In this document: piece after piece, positions 8,741-18,900 of the stretch | How the letters are laid out: each line of letters starts with the position of its first letter | Position numbering within the stretch: the stretch's first letter is position 1 | DNA from: an uncultured Verrucomicrobiae bacterium | GTDB taxonomy: Bacteria > Verrucomicrobiota > Verrucomicrobiia > Limisphaerales > UBA11358 | NCBI GenBank assembly: GCA_963835625.1 | Contig: CAWIGO010000001.1 | Location: 1-32,000 of the forward strand | Reading direction: 5' to 3' | DNA length: 32,000 nucleotides | Made by a program: the position numbers and the translations under genes | Notes under the pieces: generated by a model | Seen by the model: the letters and a program-made list of their open reading frames with translations, nothing else | The model's database searches: none | What the model was told of the DNA's origin: nothing

Positions 8741-9925
8741 TTAGTTGGACCGAAAGGCCAAAACGACTTCTTCTTTAATCAGTCCCTTGTGGCCACACCG
8801 GTTGGGCGCAAGCATTCTGTCTTTGATAATATCAGTGAAAGAATCAAATAGTTTGAAGCCTCGCTCGACCAACATATCGCGCAGGATTTGCCATGTGCGG
8901 ATGCGCACTCCTCCGATAAGATTGTCTCCACAGACCAACACGAACGTGCCTTTGCGTTTTAGGCACTTTTTGATGATGTCAAACGCATTTCCCATATCGC
9001 GCAGGTAGTGGAGGACAATTGCCTCCGACCGAGGAGACTTTCGCGCCAGTTTTTTTATTTGAGGAATTCGCTCACGTTGGCGTCGGATTTGTTCGGCTGA
9101 AATGCCGGCGAGAAGATTGCCGCGTTCTGTGCCGATAAAACACTCTTGAAGTTCGCTGACTCGAAACGAGAGCAGCCCTTCGAGTAGATATAATTCGAGT
9201 TTGAAATTACGAAAGTAATCTTGAGCATTGATATACGGAGGCGACGTAATTACATGCGAGTGCTTTCCGATTAGACGTGGGATTGAAGTGTCACAAGTCA
9301 CATCAGCTAACAAAAAGCGACAATCATTTTTGTGGAAATCTGCCCCATAAACCTCGCCTAATTCTTTCAAAAGCATGTGAACCATCCGATACGGGTCGAA
9401 ATGTTTTCCTTTACGAGTGGAGATTGCCTTTTTTGAGATGAAAGGCTTCGGACTTCGCTGGTCGGCTTTAGAGCAAAGTCGAATTGATAAAGCAAAAGCG
9501 AGGAGCACGGCCTTCCCATCAATTGTATTGTGCAACTTAAGATTTTGACCGGCTGCTCGAAGGCGTTCATATTTTTCCAGCGTTGCCGAAGTGAACCAAT
9601 AATGTTTTGCTGGCCATTGAATGGGAAATGTCCGTTTTGTATTCCGGGCTGTTTGCACAAATTCATTTGCAAGTGCTGTTGCTTTCTCAACAGAAAATCC
9701 TGTGAGTTTAATTTCAGAGAGCAAGCCGGCCATCGGATTCAAATCGATCCCAGTCACTGAAAGACCGTTCCGACGACCGGCAACGAGCACCGCACCCGAC
9801 CCACAAAATGGATCTAAAATGCTCTTGGCATTAACTGCATAACGGCTCACAAGTTTGTCAGCAAGCCGTGACACCATCTTGGCTGGATACCTGTCGAGAC
9901 GCGTTGGTAAACGCATTTTCATCAT
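8741..9925 (-). CDS. SAM-dependent N6-adenine/N4-cytosine-type DNA methyltransferase (394 aa)
   Basis: Motif I 'ILDPFCGSGAVL' lies upstream of motif IV 'ITSPPYINAQDY'. I set the start at the ATG at 9925, which forms an ATGA overlap with the stop of the upstream gene (9922-9925). The longer ORF starting at 10024 would overlap that gene by 103 nt. Confidence 0.8.
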   Translation of the reverse strand: MMKMRLPTRLDRYPAKMVSRLADKLVSRYAVNAKSILDPFCGSGAVLVAGRRNGLSVTGIDLNPMAGLLSEIKLTGFSVEKATALANEFVQTARNTKRTFPIQWPAKHYWFTSATLEKYERLRAAGQNLKLHNTIDGKAVLLAFALSIRLCSKADQRSPKPFISKKAISTRKGKHFDPYRMVHMLLKELGEVYGADFHKNDCRFLLADVTCDTSIPRLIGKHSHVITSPPYINAQDYFRNFKLELYLLEGLLSFRVSELQECFIGTERGNLLAGISAEQIRRQRERIPQIKKLARKSPRSEAIVLHYLRDMGNAFDIIKKCLKRKGTFVLVCGDNLIGGVRIRTWQILRDMLVERGFKLFDSFTDIIKDRMLAPNRCGHKGLIKEEVVLAFRSN

Positions 9926-10866
9926 ACCTTCTTCAAAACCCAAGTTATACCGATGCCGTGTGAAAAGAATTCGTGATTGTGCCGGAGTGGGCTTGCATAA
10001 ACGATAGCTGGTGGGTCGTTGCATTCTCGAACGTAGGAATAAATTCCTAAAGTTTGCGGCTTTGTGCCAAGAGGACTGACAACTTTAGCGTGCAAGCTAC
10101 GTTTGTCTCTTTCTCCCAGAATCTGATCGAGTGCTTTACAAGTAGCCTCCGGATCAGTCGAATCAACTTTCGATATAGCTTCGTTGCCTACGAGACCTAT
10201 AAGATCAGCATTGAAGCGCTCTGTTCTGCCTGCCCACGAAGGCTGGTATGGCGGATATGGAATAACCAGCGTTGTCTGCATTGGCTGAACATGCTCATAA
10301 GTCGCGAGAACCCTGTCTCCCTCGTAACCAAGGAACAACACCAAATGCACCGGTCTGCTCAAGTCTGGACAGGCGGAAAACCCGGGGATTTGTTGAAATG
10401 ACGCGATCCCGAAGGATAGCGGAATAAATTGTGATACGTCATAATCCTCCGGGGCGGTGTAAACAACGCAAAGCTTGTCCCAATAACCCTCATCGTCCAG
10501 CCAGCGAAGCATCATGAGCAAGTGACGTTTTGTGAATACGGAAATGTCCAAGACAATTGCGTCACTCTTTCGCGATGCTAGAATCTCCTTAAGCTGATTC
10601 ATATTGTCACGGAGACTCATAACAGCATTGGATTCCGTAAATCGAAGCGTAGTTGCCGATACAGCGGCTGCACTTAGCACATCCAGCATTGCTTTATGAC
10701 GAATTTCACGCTTGGGATTAACATCGTCATAATGGAAAATCACAGCGCCGCTTGGCCTCCAGCCTGCCATTCTGGACACAAAACCTTCACATCGCGCTTC
10801 ATGACTTGAACAAGTCAGCAGCAATGCGCGTGCTGGCATCAAGCTTGGTGAAAACTGGGCTTTCAT
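9922..10866 (-). CDS. Hypothetical 314-aa protein with an alternating beta/alpha (Rossmann-like) pattern, possibly tandem CARF/SAVED-like
   Basis: Its ATG lies 13 nt after the TIR-ATPase stop, and an ATGA overlap joins it to the downstream methyltransferase. Two similar halves each run hydrophobic strand, small residues ... 'VLDISVFTKRH' / 'VVSPLGTKPQTLG'. The second resembles the CARF 'TGGTKPMS' signature. The fold assignment is speculative. Confidence 0.65.
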   Translation of the reverse strand: MKAQFSPSLMPARALLLTCSSHEARCEGFVSRMAGWRPSGAVIFHYDDVNPKREIRHKAMLDVLSAAAVSATTLRFTESNAVMSLRDNMNQLKEILASRKSDAIVLDISVFTKRHLLMMLRWLDDEGYWDKLCVVYTAPEDYDVSQFIPLSFGIASFQQIPGFSACPDLSRPVHLVLFLGYEGDRVLATYEHVQPMQTTLVIPYPPYQPSWAGRTERFNADLIGLVGNEAISKVDSTDPEATCKALDQILGERDKRSLHAKVVSPLGTKPQTLGIYSYVRECNDPPAIVYASPLRHNHEFFSHGIGITWVLKKV

Positions 10867-10879
10867 CTTGGTATGGTTC

Positions 10880-13135
10880 TTACAGCAAACCAGGCTGCTT
10901 ATCGTCCGAATGGGCTTTTGCCATCGTCGTCATGAGCTGCTTCTTTGCTTGCGCGCGCTGACCGGGTGAGAGAAGTTTCGCCAAATCATTACATTTAACT
11001 TTTGTGCGCCAGCGTTGGCGGGGGCTGATTTGTAGCACTGGTGCATAAACTCGCGAGATATTGAATTCAACTGGTTGTGGATCAGAACTATGCTTTGGCT
11101 TGAAACCAGGCCTTCCCTCTTTCGTTTGGAAAACTCCCTCCTTAGCACCGACCGTGAGAATGCGGCGAAGGTCGTCATAATTGGCTGAATCCAAATGTTC
11201 CGGATCGGCAATCGTCAATCGCGCTGCCTCCGGTTCACTCGTATGGTTCAAAAGTCTAAATCTAAGGCAATCACCTAAATCGAGCAGGAAGTATTTTAAG
11301 GTCTCTCCGTCAGCTTCAATATTCTTGCTCAGGGTGGTTAGATTGTGTTGGGACACAAAGTGGACTGCATCGGACTGTTTCTTTGGAGGCAAAACGAACT
11401 CATTCGTTGGCTGTTGCCCCGAACCATAAGTTAAGTGGTAAGCTACGCCGAGGAATTCTTGGAAATAGCGAATTACGCCAGAGCTTAAGAAAGCCAACTC
11501 ATTAAAACCGGAAAAATGTTTGGCTTTGTGCCGCCCTTTATTTCCATAAAGAACTCTGTAGATTGCGGTCTCACCATAATATGTCATTTTTTCCCGCTGC
11601 TTTTCGACTGGCCAGTTTTGAAACTGTTTGACACTCACTTTGCATAGCTTCGCAACAGAAGCAAGAAAAGCCTCCGCACCAACTTCCTCTGAAGTATCTG
11701 CCGGCAGAAGTTGTTGCATATTGCTAAATGGCAACTCTTCGTTCTTCAGAATGTTAGTAACAATATGGGTCAGAAGCTGGTTGTACGCACTTTGCTGTTC
11801 CTTGTCTTCGAGATCGTAAATCAGTGGAACGCGGGTATAATCGTGGATTTCTTGTAACTCTTGGCCTGTCATTGTGCCAGAGGTATCCGCAGTCCCAATC
11901 TTCTTCGCGATTTTTATGGATGCATCTGGGGAAGCTAACTTAACGTAACTGTTTACAATCCGTTGCTGATAAGGAAACAAATTTTCATACTCATCCAGCA
12001 ACGCCATGAATGTCGCGTTGGCGAACATCGGAATCAACTTCTTGACGAGCTTGATCGTTCGTTTCAACGCTTCCAGGTCAAAGGTTGCGATGGGAACGGA
12101 TACGTTTTCCTCATATATGAATTTTCGCCGTATAAATCCTGCGATCTTGAGGTGTATATTGGCCAACTTGCTGAGCAACTCGTCTAAATTTCTCGGCGCG
12201 TTTTGATCCGTGTCAAAGAGCGCCAAATAAGCGGCCTCTGCCAAAGCCTTCTCAGCATGTCCATCACAAGACAAGAGTTGCTGTTTGATGCAAAAATCGA
12301 TCTCTGAAAATAAACTTTCGAGGAGACAAATGATGATTTCTTGCGAACCAATATCAGTGATTTGAATAAAATCACGCTCGTTAGCGATTCTTGGATCACC
12401 GCAGGAGTTTGGAAGTCCTGCATTGCAAATTGCACCTCGACTGAGCTTTAGATAGAAACCAAATATTTTCTGGCCGCTGCCACTTGCTTTGTGCCGCGCA
12501 AGAAAATTGCGCGCTCGCAGAGACAGCAAGAGCATAGATTTTCCTGTTCCGCGCGAACCCTCTAGGAAGCACGGTTTCATTTCTTCAAGTGCGCCTGTCT
12601 TTTGCGCATCAGGCGGTGAGAATGTCTTAGCCAGCAGGTCGGGCCGGTCCTCAAAATATTCCGCGCGGACACGACGGAATGGATTGCTCGATTCTAATTT
12701 GAATGCTTCCAAAACCACCGAGGAGGCCGTTTTCCCTGATAAAATTGCGCCGCACAAATCTTCCAGTAGTTTTTTGTAGGAATTGGGGTCGGATACATTC
12801 AGTTTTCCAAACACTTTGTGGCCAAGCACTGGTGGAAGCGGCGAATCATCAAGTTTCACAACCATACAGACGCCACCCGACTGTTCGACTTCATTCCAGA
12901 CAGCCGAATAAATTTCGAGTTTCTGCCATTTGGCCTGCGGAGTGTTTTTGGAATAAAGAATGACAACAGTATGAGCGCCTGCGATACCGTCGTTCATGAA
13001 GCCAATTGCGTCCACACCCAACTTCAGTTCATTTGTATCGACTTTTGTTTCGTGGCTGGCATTGCGTAGGTCGCCTTCAAGTCGTTTTGCAATCTCGACA
13101 TCCGCACCAGCGTGTGAAATAAAAATATGTTTCAT
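10880..13135 (-). CDS. TIR domain fused to a P-loop ATPase (751 aa)
   Basis: The N-terminus 'MKHIFISHAGADVEIAKRLEGDL ... VVILYSKNTPQAKWQKLE' fits the bacterial TIR pattern, with the candidate catalytic Glu in WxxxE. Walker A is 'EGSRGTGKSMLL' and Walker B is 'FMALLDEYENL'. The start lies 7 nt downstream of the DUF499 gene stop. Confidence 0.8.
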   Translation of the reverse strand: MKHIFISHAGADVEIAKRLEGDLRNASHETKVDTNELKLGVDAIGFMNDGIAGAHTVVILYSKNTPQAKWQKLEIYSAVWNEVEQSGGVCMVVKLDDSPLPPVLGHKVFGKLNVSDPNSYKKLLEDLCGAILSGKTASSVVLEAFKLESSNPFRRVRAEYFEDRPDLLAKTFSPPDAQKTGALEEMKPCFLEGSRGTGKSMLLLSLRARNFLARHKASGSGQKIFGFYLKLSRGAICNAGLPNSCGDPRIANERDFIQITDIGSQEIIICLLESLFSEIDFCIKQQLLSCDGHAEKALAEAAYLALFDTDQNAPRNLDELLSKLANIHLKIAGFIRRKFIYEENVSVPIATFDLEALKRTIKLVKKLIPMFANATFMALLDEYENLFPYQQRIVNSYVKLASPDASIKIAKKIGTADTSGTMTGQELQEIHDYTRVPLIYDLEDKEQQSAYNQLLTHIVTNILKNEELPFSNMQQLLPADTSEEVGAEAFLASVAKLCKVSVKQFQNWPVEKQREKMTYYGETAIYRVLYGNKGRHKAKHFSGFNELAFLSSGVIRYFQEFLGVAYHLTYGSGQQPTNEFVLPPKKQSDAVHFVSQHNLTTLSKNIEADGETLKYFLLDLGDCLRFRLLNHTSEPEAARLTIADPEHLDSANYDDLRRILTVGAKEGVFQTKEGRPGFKPKHSSDPQPVEFNISRVYAPVLQISPRQRWRTKVKCNDLAKLLSPGQRAQAKKQLMTTMAKAHSDDKQPGLL

Positions 13136-13144
13136 GGCTGCCTT

Positions 13145-15928
13145 TTAGGAGCGTTGCCCGAGGTTGACATCATCATTCAAACCGAGTTCGCGCAACGCGG
13201 ATTTCGTTTCGTCGAGTTTCTGTTTGGAGACGCCGCCTTCGGGTAACACTTCAACTTTCACGGTTAATTTCAAGCCGCGCGCGGTTGCGAACTTGGAAAG
13301 AACTTTCGTGTAAAAGTTCATCCATTTCTGCGGCGGAATCTCGCCTGTCCACGTTAGGCCGGACGCGGTTGAAGACGCTGGGGATGTCGGGGGAATCAAG
13401 TCAACCGGCACGGCAGTGCCAGCGGCGGCTGGTATTGGCGCTGACGGAACTGGTGCGGTGGCAGATGCAGGCGACGAAGCCCGCGTTTTTAGATAAGTCT
13501 CTGCGGTTTCCTTGGTGACGATGAACATTTCCTCGGAGAATTCCACATCGGCGGTCATCAACGCCTGGTTGAAGGAAAACGGTTTGTAACCGTTAGCCGT
13601 TTTACCGACGTAACCGAGCAAACCATTACCAACTCCGCGCGAAATCGTGTCCCTCAACACGTCCGGGTTCGTCAAGCGCGGAAATTGTGGCGACGCGAAA
13701 AACGCATCACGCACGGATTTCGTTGACCATTCCTTGAATGCGGGCGGCCAGTTGCGAATTAGAAATGACGGACTGATGCCTTTTGTTTCCAAGTCGCCAT
13801 CGGAACTCAATCGGCCAACGATTAACGAAATTAAGTCTGTTGCCGCGCTGGAATGAACCAAGCCGAGATCAACGCGTTTCACGGTGTTGTCTTTGCCAAG
13901 CAACATCAAATTTTTGTAGGTGCGCCAGATGGTTTCCTTCAAGTCGCGCCGGGCTTTTTTGAGGTTTTCCGAAAGTTGATGAACCTGGGTTTCATCCAGT
14001 TTCAAATCATCGTCTTCAATGGCTTCCCATGCGAGCACCTTGCGAGCGTCTTCGCGCAATGTGTCCGGTGATTCCGGCACGCAAAAGATGACGGCGCTCT
14101 TGAAAGTGCGAGATGATGTGCCGTATTCGCGAATCATGTTTTCAATAAACGGCACTGTGGCTTTCTCGTCCTGCAACGACCGGTCGGGTGACAGCACGAC
14201 CAGCGTGACCGTTGGACGATCAGTAATCTGAATTGTCTTCTCCGCGAAATAAACACGCTCCAATCCGCTGCCTGCAGAAAAGACGTTTTGGATTTCCTCG
14301 CAAATGTGTTCTTCAACTTGCGCGGGCGGGATGGTCGCGCGCCGGTCGGCGAACCGCTTGTTGAGATTTTCTTTAAGGCTGAAATGATAGCGATTGCGTT
14401 CGACTGCAAGGTAGTAACATCCTTCGGTGAGCGCTTCCAACACCGTCTCGACGTTGCCGATGTCGAGTCCTGGTTCGGCCACGGCAAAACGAATTTCGGG
14501 CACGGTTGCGTCGGTCTTCGCCTGACCACCGTTCGACTCAAAGAAAATGGCCGTTATCGCTTTGCGATGCAGGCGAGCATCTTTGATTGTCTCCTGCGCC
14601 TCCGCGTCAAGCCGCGTTGCATGTGAATCGCGTTTGCCGCAAATATCGGTCGTCACCGCTCCTTCCAGTTTCGTTTCGCCCAACTGCTCAAAAGTTGCGG
14701 AGCGGAACATGGCGTCGTCAAGGGGAGCCGTGCCCAGCCCAATCATCGCATCCTTGTGCGCGCCCTTGAATCCTTCCTGATAGGCACGCGACACCCAAAG
14801 CGCGAGCAAACGCAAAATGCCACGGGTCTGCTGAAAACGTGGCAGCGCCTGCCACTTGCGCTCGAACACGGAAATGACTGCCGGATGAAACGGATATGTT
14901 GCGGTAAATGCCTCGCGCGCCCTGTCCGCGTTAAACTGGCTTGGCAATTGTTGCCGATGTTCGACAACCCAATCGGCGTATTCCGCACACGTTTCCAATG
15001 CTTCCTTGGGTAACATCACTTTGCCTTCGCTGGTCACGGCGCGCTCGTCCCACTCGAACAACCGGCGACGGATGATTTCGGAAATCTCCGTGTCGGATGA
15101 CATGACGATGGCCTTGCCAAGCCGGTCGAGCACTTTCTTGAATCGCTCGAAATCGGACTGGTCTTCCGCAGTCATTTCCAATTCCGACGCCGGAATGGAA
15201 ACGGCCAGCACGATGTTGTCTGTGCTGCGCGCCACTTCCGAAAGATTTTGCAGAAAATTGTAAAGCTGCGCGCCCAAACCGCCCCGGCGATTGCGGCTGA
15301 CGTAATTCATCAACTCGTCCATCAAGATGAGGCTCGGTTTGTCCTTCGGAAGAAATTGGCGGATGACTTCGCCGCCGGGCGCCTCTCCCTTTTTGTCGTG
15401 CTCGGCCACGATTGCGAAGGCTCGCTCCCCGCCAAGTTGAAACGCAATCTCACCCCAGGGCGTTTTGCGAAGCGGCGTGCCGTCTTTTCCGCCGCGCCCA
15501 CTGATGGAGTCGAACTCGGTGCCGACGAACACGGCAGCACTGGCCTTTGGCACACTCGCTACGCCCGCCTTGGAAAGTAATGTTGCCACGCCCGCCCACT
15601 TGTTTGCGGCAGGGCCGTGCTTTGCCAGATGGAAAAGCAGCGTGAGCGCGTGTGTCTTGCCGCCGCCAAATTGCGTCGAGAGATTGAAGATGGCGTTGGT
15701 TTCAGTTTTCTCGCCGGACAGACGGCGGATGACTTCGGAAGCGAGACTGGCGAGATTCTTGGTGAGATACGTGCGCTCGAAAAAACGTTCCGGCTTTTGA
15801 TAATCGGCAGGCGCTTTGCCTTCGCGAACCTGATCCAAATGCACGGCGAATTCAGACGCATCAAGCGGCTTGCCGTCGCGCAAGTCCTCGCGCGGAGTGA
15901 CAACTTTATACCAAGGTTTGAGAGGCAT
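13145..15928 (-). CDS. DUF499-family ATPase (927 aa; BrxC-related P-loop protein)
   Basis: The N-terminal signature is 'KPWYKVVTPREDLRDGKPLDASEFAVHLDQV ... FFERTYLTKNL ... STQFGGGKTHAL'. The ATG lies 3 nt after the DUF1156 methyltransferase stop (TAAGTTATG). Confidence 0.8.
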   Translation of the reverse strand: MPLKPWYKVVTPREDLRDGKPLDASEFAVHLDQVREGKAPADYQKPERFFERTYLTKNLASLASEVIRRLSGEKTETNAIFNLSTQFGGGKTHALTLLFHLAKHGPAANKWAGVATLLSKAGVASVPKASAAVFVGTEFDSISGRGGKDGTPLRKTPWGEIAFQLGGERAFAIVAEHDKKGEAPGGEVIRQFLPKDKPSLILMDELMNYVSRNRRGGLGAQLYNFLQNLSEVARSTDNIVLAVSIPASELEMTAEDQSDFERFKKVLDRLGKAIVMSSDTEISEIIRRRLFEWDERAVTSEGKVMLPKEALETCAEYADWVVEHRQQLPSQFNADRAREAFTATYPFHPAVISVFERKWQALPRFQQTRGILRLLALWVSRAYQEGFKGAHKDAMIGLGTAPLDDAMFRSATFEQLGETKLEGAVTTDICGKRDSHATRLDAEAQETIKDARLHRKAITAIFFESNGGQAKTDATVPEIRFAVAEPGLDIGNVETVLEALTEGCYYLAVERNRYHFSLKENLNKRFADRRATIPPAQVEEHICEEIQNVFSAGSGLERVYFAEKTIQITDRPTVTLVVLSPDRSLQDEKATVPFIENMIREYGTSSRTFKSAVIFCVPESPDTLREDARKVLAWEAIEDDDLKLDETQVHQLSENLKKARRDLKETIWRTYKNLMLLGKDNTVKRVDLGLVHSSAATDLISLIVGRLSSDGDLETKGISPSFLIRNWPPAFKEWSTKSVRDAFFASPQFPRLTNPDVLRDTISRGVGNGLLGYVGKTANGYKPFSFNQALMTADVEFSEEMFIVTKETAETYLKTRASSPASATAPVPSAPIPAAAGTAVPVDLIPPTSPASSTASGLTWTGEIPPQKWMNFYTKVLSKFATARGLKLTVKVEVLPEGGVSKQKLDETKSALRELGLNDDVNLGQRS

Positions 15929-15931
15929 AAC

Positions 15932-18900
15932 TTAAAATCCAAGTCCCTTCTTCCGCGCCAGAACACCGTCAACCCAGCGCTTTTCTTCGGTGTGCGAAGG
16001 ATACAAGGCCGAGAGCGCTTGCGCCAGTCTCCAAAACCGTTGATCCCGACCCGCGCCGTCTTCGACGATGAATCGTTTCAGCGCTTCGCTGCGTCCGGCG
16101 GCGAAAAGAATCATACTCTGGTGGATGCGGTCGAGGACGGTCTGACCTAACTTCTCAATGCGTCCTTCGATGGGTGTCGCCTCGGCGTCCGGGTCTTTGC
16201 CGCTGGCAATATCCGCTTCGCGGACGACCTGCCCCATCTCAATTTGCTGGCTGCGAGTCCTGCGCGCCTTGGTCTTGGGCAGATTTGATACCTCACGGCC
16301 GGTGAGATAGGCAGACCGCTCCGCCACCGGCAGCAGGCGAGCGGTTTCGCCAGAAATTTCAACGAGGCTGCTTAAATCTTCCAAATTTGCGCCGAGGCCC
16401 TGAGCGATTTTTCGCGCGGCGTCGTATTCGAGGACGAAGCCGGTCGTCTTTGATTTCTTCGCGCCACCTTCGGATTCCTCATCCACGTCTTCATCCTCGG
16501 CATCTTGGCCGGACCCGGCATCGGCTCCCGCGTTCAATGTCCAGAGCCACATGGCGGTGAGGCGGGCATCGGCCTCGAAGCCGGTGACGTCCGCATCTTT
16601 GAAGACCAAGGCCAGCGCTTCCTTGGCGACGGCGGCCCAGACTTGTTCCAGATATTCTTTGAGCGTGACGGTTTCGCCGCTGGCTTTTTCCACGCGCGAA
16701 TAGCGGGAGAAAATTTCCAGGGCCGGGCCGAGACAGGCGAAGATGGCATCCGCGCCGACAACGCCTTCTTCGGCCAGACGCGGCATCCATTCGTGAATTC
16801 GGACGGGCAACGCCTGCAACACGTCGCGCCAATCGCCGATTTCGTCCGTGCGCACCGAGCCGTCGGGATTTTCGCGCGGGCGACAGACGAGATGAATTGA
16901 AGAGGCAAGCACAGCGGAATCTTGTGCGCGTAGCCTTGAACCACATTCTGTGTCAATTGGCCAAGATGCTTGAACAATCCAACCGGCTTCGATTACGGCA
17001 TTAAGCATGGTTTCCCATGCGGCAGTCGTTTTGTGCGCAAAAACAATAACGCAAAGTCCTTGGGGCTGAGTGATTCGCCTTGCTTCCGATAGCGCTTTGA
17101 GCATCTGCGTTTCAAAGTGTTGCTTAGTTTTGTAAGCATACTTTGGATTTCGTTCAGCCAATTGAACCGCTTCTTCGCGCTTCGGCGAAAGTTCTTCTAC
17201 AAATAAATCACCGTGAATGCCGGCAAGTGCGCGTTTTAGCCAAACGTAAAAAAAGTCAGACAAGTCTGCGTAAGGAACAGCGTCATAATATGGCGGATCG
17301 GTAACGACAGCCTGAACAGAATCATCGGCAAGAGGATGTTTGGTTGCCGATGATTGGACAACAACGCCAGTGGTAGTCAAATTCGACAACATGGACTTAA
17401 TGACATGCTCCAAACGCTCAACCTGAATTATCCAGCCTCCACTAGAGTCACCGGTGACAACGCCTTCGGCAAAATCCCAAATAATTCCGATGGCTTGGCG
17501 ACCAAATAATTGCCGTGGACATTCGGCGACTGGTTCCCATCTACAAAGTGAATTTCCAAGGTCAGCTTGTTTACCGAGCATGAAAGCAAGGAGGGTCTGG
17601 ACTGCGGCAGCTAATTCGCGGTCTTCGGTTTTTGCGAGTTGTTGGCCAGCCTCACGAATGAGACGCACTAAAACCACCATCACTAACATCTGACGACTGG
17701 AGAAAAGCTGGCCCCATTGAGTGACATCCAGAAGTTGTATGTTGAATATGCTTCGTAAGTATGGAAGTTCCTCTTCTGGAATGAGCGTTGGCTGTCCGGT
17801 GTGTTGAGCCTTGAATTTGCCAAGACGAGTTTTTGCCGCGTTGAAAGCTTGGTAATCGGTTTTTGCAGCAAGCCGAAAAAGCCTTCCGGTATGGTCCGGG
17901 ACTTTGACCACGACTGCAAGAAGCGTGGCCGAATCAGCCCCGCCGTTCTTTCCTTTGAATTGGGCGCGGACTCTTTCGGCTGGAGTTGTGTAGCCGCAAC
18001 AGGGACATGTGGCGGAACTCCGTTTCAAAGTGCCATCGAATTGTGGGTCAGCAATTTTCTCGTTTTGATCATCCTGGTTCGCCCAACCGCCACGCTGCTT
18101 GATCAGAATTTTGAAATCCACGCGCTTCGCTTTTTTGTTCGGCACGAGTTGCAGCGCCACGGAACGGTTGGCTTTCTTGGCGAGCCAGAGGGAGCGGATG
18201 AGCGGCACTTCCGCGCCGCAGCCGGGGCCTTCGCATTGAATCGTCCGCGCCCAGAGATAGGCGATGGGCGTCGCGCCGTCCGCGTCCTTGGGATAGAACT
18301 CGGCCAGTTCCTTTTCGGCTTCGCGCTTGATCCATTCGCCCCATTTGCGGACTTCATCGGCAAGACGCTGGCCGTATTTGGGAATGTATTCGAGGACGAC
18401 CTTGTTGAGCAGCACCGGCACGGGATTGAGGTCGGACGCGAAGGCGTCGGCCCCCACGCGGAGCGCTTCCAACGGAATGGAGCCGCCGCCGGCAAACGGG
18501 TCCACGACGAGCGGGCGCGTGCCGGGCGCACCGCCCAGCGCCTCATGCGCCGCCTGCGTGAGCGCGCGGCTGGTGGCGAGAAATTCGGGCACGGTGGAGC
18601 TATCCCAATTGGCAAAGTCGGCGATGAAGTCGAGCAGCGCGCCGCGCAGTTCGGTCGTATCGTCGAACTTTTTTGGCTGCTGTCGCGCCGCCTCGAATCG
18701 CGCCCGGCTTTCCGCGCTCAAAAGATTCTGCCGCTCGTGCGTGGTCCATTGCAGCATCAGCTCGCGCGCCTGCTTGACGAAAGCCGGCGGACAGTTTTCA
18801 TCCGCCGGGTCCGGCCACAGCGCCGCGCATATCACCGCCCGACACGCCGCCAGCGGTCGCCTCGCCCACCAGATGTGCAGCGTGGAAATGTGCCCGTGCC

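Noticed and set aside
9926-10024. Longer start (10024) for the 8741 methyltransferase
   Set aside because: It would overlap the upstream gene by 103 nt. The ATG at 9925 gives a classic ATGA stop/start overlap and is followed by a typical N-terminus.
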